Assembly: GCF_024521635.1 (NCBI RefSeq)
Contig: NW_026250411.1
Location: 310,001-374,000, forward strand
From: Tricharina praecox
Taxonomy: Eukaryota
Reading direction: 5' to 3'
Length of the DNA: 64,000 nt
Shown one piece after another: positions 44,324 through 56,700 of this stretch; within the stretch, counting starts at the first letter, position 1; every line of letters starts with the position of its first letter. Made by a program: the position numbers and the translations under genes. Below the pieces are notes generated by a model, which saw only the letters and a list, made by a program, of their open reading frames with translations, made no database searches and was not told where the DNA came from.

Positions 44324-47300
44324 GGCGAACAAGGCAAGTGCGTGAGCATAGGCACCATCGATACCGGCACTCAAGCCATAGCCTTTCTCGCTCGAGAACG
44401 GTCCCTCGCGCCGGCTCGTGAAAGAGACGAGAGAAAAAAAAAGGCCTTTAAACCCCGCCCCCGCACTTCGCGACAGGGGGAGGAACGGGGTCGGGGGTGG
44501 AGGGACAGAACACTCAGCTCGCACGTCCTCGTTCCGCCCGGCTGGTGTTCGCGAACCATCCCCCCGTCCCCCCGTCCCCCGTAAGCCCTTCGATCGGAAA
44601 GATAGAAAGAAAAAGGGTCTCCCCTCCCCATCCCTCCCCATCCCTCCCCTCCTCTCCCCTCCCCTACCCTACCCTCCCATCTGTTGCAGTGCTGTGTTGA
44701 GTTGGGGGGTCGGGTGTTCACGTCCGTGCGGCCGGCCGGCGGGAAAAAAGGGAAAAGGGAAAAGGGAAGTCAGGAGCGATGGGTGTGGGGAGATTTCGCA
44801 AGATCTAGATGGGAAATCTCGATGTCGGGCGTTCTGTACATGTATGTATGGTATGTATGATATGTGCGGTATGTATGTAAGGTAAGGTAGTTCGGCGCGG
44901 TGGGCAACTGGGTAAGGTAGGGGGGGCAGCAGGCAGCGCGCGCGCGGGAACGAGTGTCGCGTCGCAGTCGCCCTCCATACATATATGTACCGACTGACCT
45001 CAGGTCAGCCTGCAGAATGCAGCAGCAGCGAGCAGCAGCAGAACCTGTGCCTGTCGTTCCGTGTACATACAGATGTCGTGCCTAGGTGGAGTGACATTCG
45101 TTACCATACAGCAGCTATGGTTATGCTGTAGTTATGCTGTAGATGTGTGCGGATATGTGTGGATATGTATGAAGATATGTACATAACCCCACGACGCCGG
45201 CGGTGACAGACCACTCAAGAGTCAATATGGGTATGTACGCTGCATATGACATGTACCTACGGCGCCGAACTTATGCTCCGTTACTCTAGACTACCATACA
45301 CACCTTACATTAGAGTAGGTACTCTATTCTACGACCGGCACTGGGCAAAATCCTAGGTACTCTAGATCGAGAAGCTGCTTTGCGGGGGAGAGGGGGACGC
45401 GGGCGCATGGCGTTTGATTACCGTACCTATGATATGGCGGGGAGCGATGTCGATGTCGATGGCTACCTGTGGAACCCCGTCGGCGAAGGCGGAGGCACCG
45501 CACCGCACGATTTTCCGGTTCGGTTTATCCGTCGAAGTACTCTACTCGCTCTCCGTACTCTATCTCTACGCTCGTCTCCGGTTGGCCGCCCGGCCGGCTC
45601 GGTGTCAGAGCGCTTCGAATATGCAGCGTTCGCCATTCGGCGCAACCGCAAGAAGGGGTGTGATATGTGCCGTATGCGCTCGGCACAATGCGAAGGCTGC
45701 TTCGTGGGGTTGCGTTTATGCCCTCCTTTTTCTTTCCTTCTCTTTCTTTTTTTCGTTTCTTTTCTTCTTCTCCTTCGTCTTTCTGTTTCCCTGCTTTCCC
45801 CCACCCCACCCAACCCCACCAGCTCTAGCCCTAACTAGCTCTCGTCGTCGACGATCCGGCTCGTTGTTCATGACTCGTGGGTGTGCGACAGAGGGTAGAG
45901 CAGAGTAGACTCAGTAGAGTGGTGAAACCTCTGCTACCCTAACCGCAAAGGGGCCTCGGGGGCTCGAGATGTTTCACGGCAACCTCAAAGAGGAAGGGAA
46001 GGGAAAGGAAAAGGAAAAGGAAAAACATTGCACTTTCCTTTCTTCTTTTTCGTTGTGGATCAGTCCCAAAGGGGAAGGGAAAAGAAAAGATGGCTGCCCT
46101 TTCCTTGCTTCTTGCATGTCGTGAATCGAGCTCAAAGTGGAAAGGAAAAGATAAAATCCTTTCTTCTTTGCCTGTTGTAAATCAAATCAAATCAAACACG
46201 CAAGGGAACTTCTCGCCTTCTCGCCTTCTCGCCTGAGGATCCAGAGCGAGCTAGAGTATCATGCCCACTCTACGGTAGAGAGCTGTAGGCACTCTGGCTA
46301 CATGGAGTAGAGTGCCGGTACTACTACATAGAGTGGAGTGGAGTGGAGTGGAGTGAACCACTCTAGAGTACATATGATATAGGCAGGCCACAACTGGACT
46401 GCAGAGAACCCGTGGAAGAATGTATGTATGTGGATATGTGGGTAGAGTATGTAGGCAAGTACCTGTGCAGCGATCTTTGGTGGTGGGATACAAGGAGCAT
46501 CCACTGCCGCGGGTCTTATTGCTATGCACATGGCATTCCATGGTAGGAGGAGTATCTATGATACCTAGCAGAACGCCCGGCCGGCCGTCATGCTCGTCGC
46601 AGGTTATTGTTCGGAGTGCCCTTGCCTTTCTGCCCCTTCTTCCGCCTTCTGTCCCTTTGCCCTTACTCGTGGATAATGATGCTGATGCTGCTAATGCTGA
46701 TGCTGATGCTGATGATAGGCTCAACCTCCGACACAACCAGCCAGCCGGCCCTTCAATCTCTCTCTCGCCGACACAGGACAGGAGTTCAGTCAGTAAGCCT
46801 CTCGTGCCGAGATTCTCGTGTCGAGTCGGGAGTCGGTGTATGGGTGTTGTATGGGGGGTGTCTGTACTTGAGTGGGCGTCGTATGCAGTGGCGTCGTCTT
46901 CGTCGTCGTATATAGGCGTCGTCGGAGTGTTCGCGGCTGTGTTAGAAGCTGGAACCAGTGAACCACCCTCCCGTTGGCGTAACTAGTAGTTTCGGTACGT
47001 AGGGTACCAGCGGTATCAGCCCGGCCTTCCGCAAGCACCACCACTACCATTACCATCGCCATCACCGTACCATGTTCCCCGTCGCTCCCCCCCGTCGCTC
47101 CGTCGTGAGCGGTTAATTGTTTCCTCGAGACCAGGAGGAACCATGTCATGTTCTCTCGAGGGAGGAGGGAGGGAGGGCAAGAGTCAAGACATCTGTCTGG
47201 GCGTGTCTACCGCACTCGACTGTCCACCACCACCACCACCACCACCACCACCACCACGAGCCATAGCTGGCCACACCGCGTAGAGTAAAGCCCCCCTTCC

Positions 47301-49968
47301 CCGCCATGATCATTGGTCGACTCCGACAAGGGATAGCGGGAAAAAAAGAAAAGAAAAAGAAAAAAGAAAAGACAAAAGACAAAAGCATGGATCATCCGTG
47401 AGAAAGATAGAAAGAGAAGGGGTGGTGCCCCGAAAAAGAAAAGAAAACGGACGGATTTAAATTGCTGGAGATACCTACAGGCTACATTCGGTACAGACAG
47501 ACTGGTAATCATATCTACAAAGTGGCATAGGACGAGCGAAAATAAAGGGTTGCTCCGGGGAGGGGGGGGGGGCGGAGGGATAGAGGGAGGAGGGACAGAA
47601 CGGGCGCCACAGGAAGACTTCGGGTTGAATAATAATGGTCGTCGTAAAGGCGAAGGGGGGTGCTATATGGCAAGGACGAGGGATGGTGCGCGTGCAGAAT
47701 GGCTGCAGAAAATAAAATGCACGGCTTCCCACCACCACCCACCACCAACCCTCCTCTGCTCGTTTCTTCCGTCCTTCTGCTTGCTTGCTTGCTTGCTTAA
47801 GGAATCCCTTCTCCATTCATACGACTGCATACTACCCACCCCAAACCAAACTCGCCGTATATTCGCAAGGAGACAGAGCCAGAGACTGAAAGAAAGGCAA
47901 AGAAGAAGAAGCTGAAGAAGTACACGAACAAGAACAAGATCACGATCAATAGGAAGAAGAAGAAGAACACAAAGAGAACAAGGCCAGGAACAAGCAGAAC
48001 CAGACATATCATAGGATTCGAGATTCGGCCCGTTGAACCCCATAGCCCGCCAACCATACCGGTACCCTCCTTGAAATCATAGCTCTCGTCCAGTAAGGCT
48101 CTCGGAATCGTCCCGGGTTCCTTCCTTGGTTTCAGAAATCTCTCCGTCAATCATTTCATCGGCCGGCTCCTGCTTAACGCTTCGCCATCCCCCCGCTTGC
48201 ACGCCCACGCCGCCCGTCGCCTTCGGTCCAGTAGCATCGGGAGCTTTGTCGCTGGTTTGTTTATAGGGCATTTCCGGGCTGTGTTTATGCGTCATCACGC
48301 AACGACAACAACACCAACAATAACATCAACAACAACAACATCATCATCATCAACAACAACAACAAAAACCTTCACGGATCTCCTGCTAGTGCCATTACTG
48401 CTACCACTGCTGCGGCAACTGCTATTACTACCCTCACCGTTCCCGCTCCTGGTTTCCTCGTCTGCTACTACTGCCTTCCACCTGCTACTACGACTCGACT
48501 CGACTTCGGATCCTTTGCCCCCCCCGGCTCCGACAGCACTTCTACCGAACGATATCATCATCTCCTACAGTCGCACATTCTGCCGCCGGAGCTACCACTG
48601 CTACTACTAGCACCACTACTCCTGCCTACCTCGGGTGTTAGCGCTCTCGACGATCCACCTCCCTACGGTTTCACCTAGCCCGAGAACTTCGACGCCATCT
48701 TCTGGAAATCTGCAGCAACACGGACGTTCTCTCTCCCTGTGGCGAACAGACGTGGAGGACGCTGGTTGAAAGAGGGGGGCCCCGCCGTGAAGCAATTGCT
48801 GTGCACGCATACCACCGTCCACCTATTCCCGTTCCCGAACGAGTGCAACAAACAAACAAATAAACAATAAAAGCCAATATATCAGAACCCCACACTCATC
48901 GCTCTCAGGATAATCAACAGCCGATCACCTTCTTGACCGATACTACCTGCGCTGTGCAGCCACCGAGAGCTCGGCCACAAATAAAGGTATGTCGTGGACT
49001 CTCTTACCTGTCTCGAAGATTCTATGATACATGCTCTATTATTGCTTCTTCTTCTTCTCCTCCTCCTTCGTCGCGTCCGCTCCTGCTCGTTCCTGCCACC
49101 CCTTTGTCTGCCTGATCCTATTTCCCCCACCCCCGTCATTGTCGCTCCCTCGTATGTATGACTCCGCACCCTACCCCCCCCCTAAATAACCAACCACTAT
49201 CACCATCATCATCATCATCATCATCATCACCGGCATCATCATCATCGTCCCACACTGCCTCAGCCTTCTTGACTTGTCTCTCTCCCCCGGGCAAGCAGTC
49301 ATGTCATATCCCTATTCTTTCCCCTCCGCCCCAATCATATCCCCGCCTCTCCCCAGGAAAGCCGGAAGTGTACATCATGCACACTTCGCTTCTAGCCACT
49401 CAGAGCCCGTCGTTTCGTTCCGTTTTTCTGGCCTCTCTGCAGCTCGACTCTGGTTGCGTGCAACTCCGCCAGGCACCGTCTGGGCAGCTGGCTGCAGAGA
49501 ATTTCCCAAGAATTAATTCCCGCCATCCCCCCCTCCCTCCTGCCCTCCCTCCCACAGCCCCCCCGGCCCTGAAAGGCCAGGCTGTGACGCTTGCTCCCTC
49601 AAATCCTCTCATCGCAATTCACTAGCCATTTCTCCCGCGTCCCTCCCGCATAACCAAAGCCCACACCCCCGTCCCCCCTCCCTCCTTCTCTTTCCTTCTT
49701 CTCTCATACATACCCGCACACATCGCCAGATACAAAAAAAAAACCACCCGACTATCATCCTATCTCATATCCCACGGGTCTCCCTTTCATATCGACGCGC
49801 AGCTTTCATCTTCAATAGCAGTCGTTCCGATTTGTGGACGCGTTGCGTCGTTTGCAAGAACAACAAATTAATATTAAAGTGGCGACAGCTTGCATCGGCA
49901 TCTCATCAGCATTTCCATCGCGAACCCACGTTTTCAGTCGGCGAGCAGCGCCTCCGATACGGCCCGAC

Positions 49969-52900
49969 ATGTCCGACACGGACTACTCCCGCCAGACGGC
50001 GGATCTGTTCTTCATGAAGCACGACCAAACCCAGGAGCTGCGCCAGTTTCGCAACTTCATCCCCGAATATGTGTTAAAAACATTCTGCGGGTCGGGCGAT
50101 CCTAATATGTTGGTGGTCTACGAGGAGAACCAAATGTACGCGCGCGCAAGGAGCTTGACTTCCTTTGTTTCATTTTCACACATGTTTGCTCTTTCCGTTT
50201 CGACTGCGACGGTCGCGAACATTTTTTTTTGTAGATTAAGAAGCAATACTGACGGTTCTTGTCGCTCGAATCAGGCACCTCATCGGTGATGGCGAACTCT
50301 TGACCCTTTTCCACCCCGAACAACAAGAATTCGAGCCGCAACACTGGCGAAACTGCTTCGGCAAGAACGACATTTATGCCTCCTACTTCGAGAACCTCAC
50401 TCGCCAGGCCTTCGAATCCACCGGTGTTTCCAAGTTTCTCTCGCTACAGCGAGTTGATCGGGAAATTTACACCCAGCTGGCCGATCCCATCTGGCAGATT
50501 CACGGAAACCAGCCTCTATCGGAGGTGCCGTTCCCACGAGAGGACATCAACACGTTCCGCAAGTTTTTGTATTTGATGACTTCGGTCGGAAATAGGGAGA
50601 GGAACATGCACTTGCTCGCGCACCACGAATTTATGGAGAATGCGCGCATCAGGCGAAGGAAATTCATTGAGAACAACGATCTACAGCATGCGAGGGATGT
50701 TTGGCTGCGGAATGTCGATCGCATGTTGGATACTCCGCACCACCAGGTTCCCAGCACCACCTCGATCTTTGACCTGGACCGAGCAGATTACAAGGCAAAC
50801 GCGGTTGAGAGGTACATGGTTTTCTGGGAGGCGATGCCCGGCGATGAGTTCATCCTCACCGACTCGGCGTTCGGTGGCTTTGAGGGTGGTCAGATCGGGG
50901 CGAAGAAGAACTCGAAGATCGACATGACTCCGTTGCAGATGGAGCAGCACCTCTACACCCGGGATTTCATGTGGCATCAGATTTATGTCCTTTCGCCGAC
51001 GCTGGTCGTGGCGCTCTGCCATCCCACCCTGATGCATCCCGACCTCACGGCGCGACAGCGAAAACGGTGGGGACTGCGCAAGTCCCTGCTTGAGAGCCTG
51101 CCCCACGAACTCCCTCACCGCTACTACAAAGACATGAAGAGGAACGACATGAACTTTACGAAGGAGGGTTGGCAGCTTCCCGTCGAGGTGGAGCAGGCGT
51201 TCGCGCCCGCCAACGCGAGGGGCTTCGACCGGCGGAGGGATGAGGATGTTGTTTTCCCGATGCACCGTCTCACGTCGAGCCAGGTCGCCATGGTCAACAG
51301 CGTTCTCCTGCACAACCAGGAGTTGGGTGCTAAGATTCAGTCGGTATGCGTGCGACCTCCGCCGTCCTACCGATGCTTTCTGCAGTCTCTGCGCCAGTTC
51401 CAGCACGATCCGTGGCCAAAGTACTCGGAGGAGACGCAGAACGATTACAACCCTCTCCTCCAACGACTGGAGGAGTACCTCCAGGCGACATTGCCTCCGA
51501 CGCCGCCCAACCTTCCCTCCAACTACCCGTACCACTCCCACGAGATTCCCGTGTTCGGCGCACCCACCTTCGGAAACATGCACTATTCGGCGCTCTCCAC
51601 CAGCGATGTTCAGAGGTACGATGAGCAATTTGATGCCGGGCATCCCCAATCATCCACGCAGTCATCGCTGACATCGTCTTTCGCCCCGTCTTCGCAATCG
51701 GCTTATAGCTTCTCATCAACTTCTAGCCAATCTTCTGCTAGCACCAAGACTACAAGCCTCGATACCCCACGGTTCGATCCCATGCACCTCGAGCACCAAC
51801 AGCGGAATCGGTCTCCGACGAGAAGGGACAGCGGCCATATAGATCGCGGCCTCGGCGATGGGTTCGTCCGCCGCAGCAACACCAATCCCAAGCGATCGAA
51901 GCCCGACGTCAAGAGTCTGAACTTCTCTGTCGAGAAGTCCCTTCAGGAAGGCGAAGCGCTGAGCCGACAGGCTGCTGGCTATCTGAGCGCCCCCCATGGT
52001 CATGACCACATGCATCAGCACGGAAACTACCAGATCCCTCCCAGCCGCGGACGCAACACTGAGGTCCGGAGCAACCCCCCATCGAACCCTCCATCCAAGC
52101 GAGCCAGCCCGAACCCTTTCATGTCGGAGCCTCACAGGATGCCTCAGATCATCACACCTCCCTCCTCGAATAACAGCAGCATCCCTACGAAGAAGAACTA
52201 TGCAACCGAGAACGGCCGTCCCGGCCTATCGCACCGGCAAGCCGAGCCATCTCCTGTGATTCAGGCTCGTCCCAACGTGCATGGCCATCAGAATGCCCAA
52301 TACGTTCCCGAGATGCAGGCACCGCCGCCGCGACGTATCAACCGCTCGCCGGAAAGACAGTTCGTTCCCGACCTCCCGCCGCCACCCCAGCGACGAGTCA
52401 ACCACAGCCCGGAGGGAAAGGAATACCGGGAGCCAGTTCGGCCCACCGTGAGGAGGAGCGCTACCATCTCGGAACCAGTCCTCCCTCCCCGTGTCGAGCG
52501 TTCTCCCGAGCAGAACGGCCCGTTGGTAGATGCTAGGGGACGCAGGTACGAGCCCATCAGACTCGAGCCGGCGCTGCCCCTGCCCGAACCGGTCCGGGGC
52601 CGGCCTCAGCACTCCATCCGCTCTGAGCAGTCGCCTGCTGCTGCTGCTCAGCCTCAGCCACAGCCTTCTCAGGAGCGCTCGGTCCCACAGCAAGTGATCG
52701 ACAGCGTACGTGAGCGTCTCAATCAGGTCATCAACTCCGAGGTAGCTCCTCAGCAGGTCAAGCCCCAGCAGCAGCTGCCCATCCAACGGAGCGCCAACCG
52801 ATCGGCCGAACGCAAGCAGGAGCCACAGACTCAACCACAGCGCAACACCGTGCAGACCGCGAACGGCCATGTCTACCAGATGGTTGCACCCTCGCAGCCG

Positions 52901-53725
52901 CCGACACGTGCTCTTACGGCAGGAAACCCATTGCCTCAGGCCCAACCCCAGCCCCTAGTTCAGCAGGCTCCCATCGCCCAGCCCCAGGCTCAGGCTCAGA
53001 CTCAGCCTCAACCAAAGCAGCAACCCCAGCCGGAGCAGCGCATCCCGTCGTCGACGAACACGTCAGCGACCACCGAACATCCTACCCGCTTCGGTGTCGA
53101 GATTGTCCGTGGTCGTTCTCTGAACAACAGTCAGACATCCTCGCAGCCTCAGAAGTCCCCGGTTACGGTCGAGAACCTCGAGCACAATGCGCTGGCCATC
53201 ATGCCTTTCCAAGAGCCTGTGCAACAGGCTCCCGTTGTCAAGCAGCTGCGATTCGAGACTCCAATCAAGTCCATCTCCCGCAGATACTCTGACCGCTCTT
53301 TGGCCGAGTCCATGATGGTGCAAGTCGGTGACACTCCTTCGCGTCTGGAGTCCGAGTACGACGAGTCCGAGGAGTCTGAATCTGACGATGATTCGTACGA
53401 CGATGAGGAGGACTCCGAGTCGGAGGGCGAGGATGATGACGATGCCTCCTGGGAAGATGAGGGGTTTGCCGAGGCCGAGGAGATTGCCAACAAGTCCAAG
53501 GTAGTCCGCTTTGCCGATAAGCCTTTGCCTTCTCCCAAGCCGCTGCAGATTTTGCCACGCAACGTCAACTCGATTTTCGAGAAGGCGGCGCTGTTACGAA
53601 AGGGATTGGAGATCGAGCGACCCAACTCCAGACAGGGACGACGTGTCGAGATCGCCAGGCCATTGTCGAGGAGCGGACATCGCTTCAACCGCCACTCCCT
53701 GGCTGCACCACCTCGCAGGCTCTAA
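49969..53725 (+). CDS. DUF4238-like domain protein with a long disordered P/Q/S/R-rich C-terminus, about 1205 aa; exons 49969-50135 and 50275-53725
   Basis: Intron 50136-50274 (GTACGC...ACTGAC...CAG) joins in frame to the 1141-aa ORF. QFRNFIPEYVLKTF and DEFILTDSAFGGFEG...WHQIYVLSPTLVVAL resemble fungal DUF4238 motifs as I recall them. The CDS is more certain than the family call. Confidence 0.75.
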
Positions 53726-56700
53726 TCCTGCATTTGCTCGACATCTCTAATAATCTTTTTTTCTTACGACTTTCCTACATTCAACATGGCCTCTGTTTTT
53801 ATTTTGTTCTATTTTTTTTCTTTTTTCTTTTTCTTTCATCGGCCGGTAGGGAAAACAAGAGGGGGAATCGTGGTAAAGAAAAGTTTCTGTTATATACAAG
53901 GGAAGGCGTTTGCATTATGTGTTTCTCGACGGAGAGAAGCTAAAAGTCATGTATTTTTTTTGGGTCGGGAGGACTTTCGGGTTTTTGGGAGCATATCAAT
54001 CATGTATCTGTACGAATGTTGGGATTGTATCTGTATTGTTATATTTCCTTTGTTTCTGGCATCTATAGTCCCTTTTTTTTTCTTCCTCGGCTCGAGCTGT
54101 CTGTATCACATCCATCTTCTTTGCATTTGGTTTTAACATACCCGGAGGAAAGCGTTCATGATTATTGTTTTTTCTTTTCTTCTTTTTCTTTATCTTTGGC
54201 GGCAGATGATTATGATACCACTTTTTTCACACCCTGTTTTCATGTATTCTTCACGGTTGTGGCTTTTTGTTTCCATTCTTTCTATCTAGATTTTGGATGT
54301 TTGTGTTTTTTTTTCTTCTCTTTCTTTCAGATACAGAAAACGAGTACGTCATGTTAGTTTTCTTGGGGGAGTTTTGTCGATGCGGTTTTTTTCTTTCTTA
54401 CTTTCTGGTTTCTGGTTTCTGGTTACTGGCATAGGGTCCGGGCATTCGTTCTTTCGGGTGAAGGGGGGTTGGTGGTTTTGTTGGTTCGAAGTTTTTAGGA
54501 TGATGAGGATGGAATGCCACAGGGGCTACTACTGCGAATTAAAATCGTGAGATTTGGTTCTCTGGATTTTGGCAAAATACTCTCTTGCGACTTGGAACTG
54601 TAACAAAAATTTGAGCGAGGACATGTGCGAAGGAATGGAGGAATCGGTGGGAAATAGGCGGAGGTGTTGGGACGTCGGCGGAGCATTTAATCGGTAATGT
54701 GCTTGGAGGTTTGCTACAGAGTCGTTCATAATATCTCACTCGATACGCTCATTTGGAGGGCGATTCGACAACCAGAAACGATGATCCAAGCCTCAGCCTT
54801 TAGGTATGGGTATGCTATGAGAACAACCCGTCCATCAGATTCCGAAGGCATTCGTCGTTGGGCACAGCTCTGTGGCTTAATCATTGCACGTTCCACCAAC
54901 GAGCACCAGACTGGACCTGATTGGACTGAGACGAACGCGAGTAGTCGCAAGAGCTGGGAAGAACACACCAGATCACACCAGATCACCACGTGCGGATGGA
55001 TGAGATATCGACCGAGCGACCTCGGCCATCCGGCGCCGCCGCCGTCGCCGTGCGAGGGGCGGTCGGTCGGGCAGTCGGCCGGGGGTTCAACCGACCTGGG
55101 CGAGCGCGCGGAAATACCGGCCACCGGGTCAGCGGTCGTGAATAGAGCGCGAAGACGTGATGTAGCGATCGCTTCCCCCGGTGGATCACCCGGCCGGGAA
55201 CGGGCTTCAGGGCTCCAGAGATCGTAGACTCGCAGTCGTCCGACAGTCCGACTAGACCCATTTACCCCGGACCTTCGGGGGGCGGAGGGCGGGGAGCGGG
55301 GGCCGACCTGGAGTGTTTACTACATAGTAGTTTCTTCTCGGCTACAGCCGTACGGGATGTCCAGGCTAGTGCTATCACTCGTGGCGGGGTGCAAGAGGGT
55401 ACGGTGGCCCCGGCCGGGCGAATCGTGTGGCTGGGTAGGTATTCGTCCGTTCCAAGCGCTTCGATGTCCCGTTACCGTGTTACGTTGTTGCGGCATCTGC
55501 TACGCTGCGCGTGTTCTTCGCGTTCTCCGTGACTCGGTCGGTGTTCGGCACGCTGACTGCAAGAAACCGGTACCCGTCCCGGCCGTGTAACTGCATCGGA
55601 TATCATTCGTTCGTTCGTTGGGCTCGAGTAGTTGGCGTCGATTTATTGAGCAGTGCGTGCTATGTACTAGTATGTGGATACCAGCAGTCCATCCACAACT
55701 CAAGTTCCCGTCGACGGTAGCCTACCTACCGGCGAGGGAGCTCATCGAGACGGAGAACATAGGTACATGCCTAGACCAGAACCTCGCCGTAGAGCTCATC
55801 CGATTCCCCGGAAGCGGCGGCGGGTGTTCGCGGAAACTTGAACTCACCGGTCTCAAACCCACCCCGGGGCGCACCAGGCTTCGTCAGGACTCGGGAATAG
55901 TGAAGCCACCTGAAAGGGCGGGTACCCACTTCGCCAACGGTGCACCGAGCGATCCAAATGGACTCCTACTATCTATATCTATACATAGACGAGTACCTAC
56001 CACCTACTACCCACCGCAGTCGCACGGTGCACCGGCACTTATCCCGCCCCACCTTCCTATAGGCTACGGAGGGGACCAGTGTGCCGTGGCCTGTGGTCCC
56101 AGAGACGCGGGCAGTCGGGATACTTCCTGTGGCAGACCAGCTTTAGAGTACGTACTCCGTCTTGTGGCGGCGGTGGTCTAGGTATCATACATAGTCGGCC
56201 ATGCGGGGATCAATCATCAATCATCTCAGCCATTTAGGTACATAGATCCGTCCCAGTCGGCTCTAGGGCTAATTCCAGCCTCGACGCACCAACAGCCCTC
56301 AGACTTCAGTGATGCGAACTGCATACTCTAGAGGGGCCGACATGCTGCTAGCTACCGTCACCCGGGAACCGAAAGGCTGGTACCGGTAGTGTTCTCTTCA
56401 GCTCTTCAGCTCTAACTACCGGTGCATATGTGTCCTTGGATGAACCAAAGAAGTAGCTCCGTCTTGAAGACTTGCAATTTCCACACCCCACTCCAGAAAG
56501 CAATCGCTGAGCTCGAGTGACGTACTCGACATTCCCGGGACGCTGATCAGCAGAGCAGGTGGGGCGAGTAGTTACTATAGATATCTGCCGAGATTCTCGT
56601 TTATTAATCCCGCCCGCCGTCCCGTGCTCTCGGGCCCTCAACCTCCACGTTCGTTTGCAATGTTGGTACATACCTATGTAAGGGACGGGACGGGATGAGT

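Larger units (their letters stand above)
36050..49800. repeat. Microsatellite/minisatellite-dense region with no recognisable gene
   Basis: Many short tandem arrays, including (GGAT)n, (CAGC)n, (CCA)n, (AGCATAG)n/(AGCATGA)n, (GAGTG)n, (CAT)n, (CAA)n and poly-T/poly-G at ~44290-44325. ORFs here are low-complexity. Confidence 0.75.

Noticed and set aside
44288..44325. Poly-T followed by a long poly-G run (G-quadruplex candidate)
   Set aside because: A simple homopolymer in an SSR-rich region; its length may be an assembly artefact and there is no functional context.
50681..52945. Long - strand ORFs (322 aa and 239 aa)
   Set aside because: Antisense shadows of the DUF4238-like gene.
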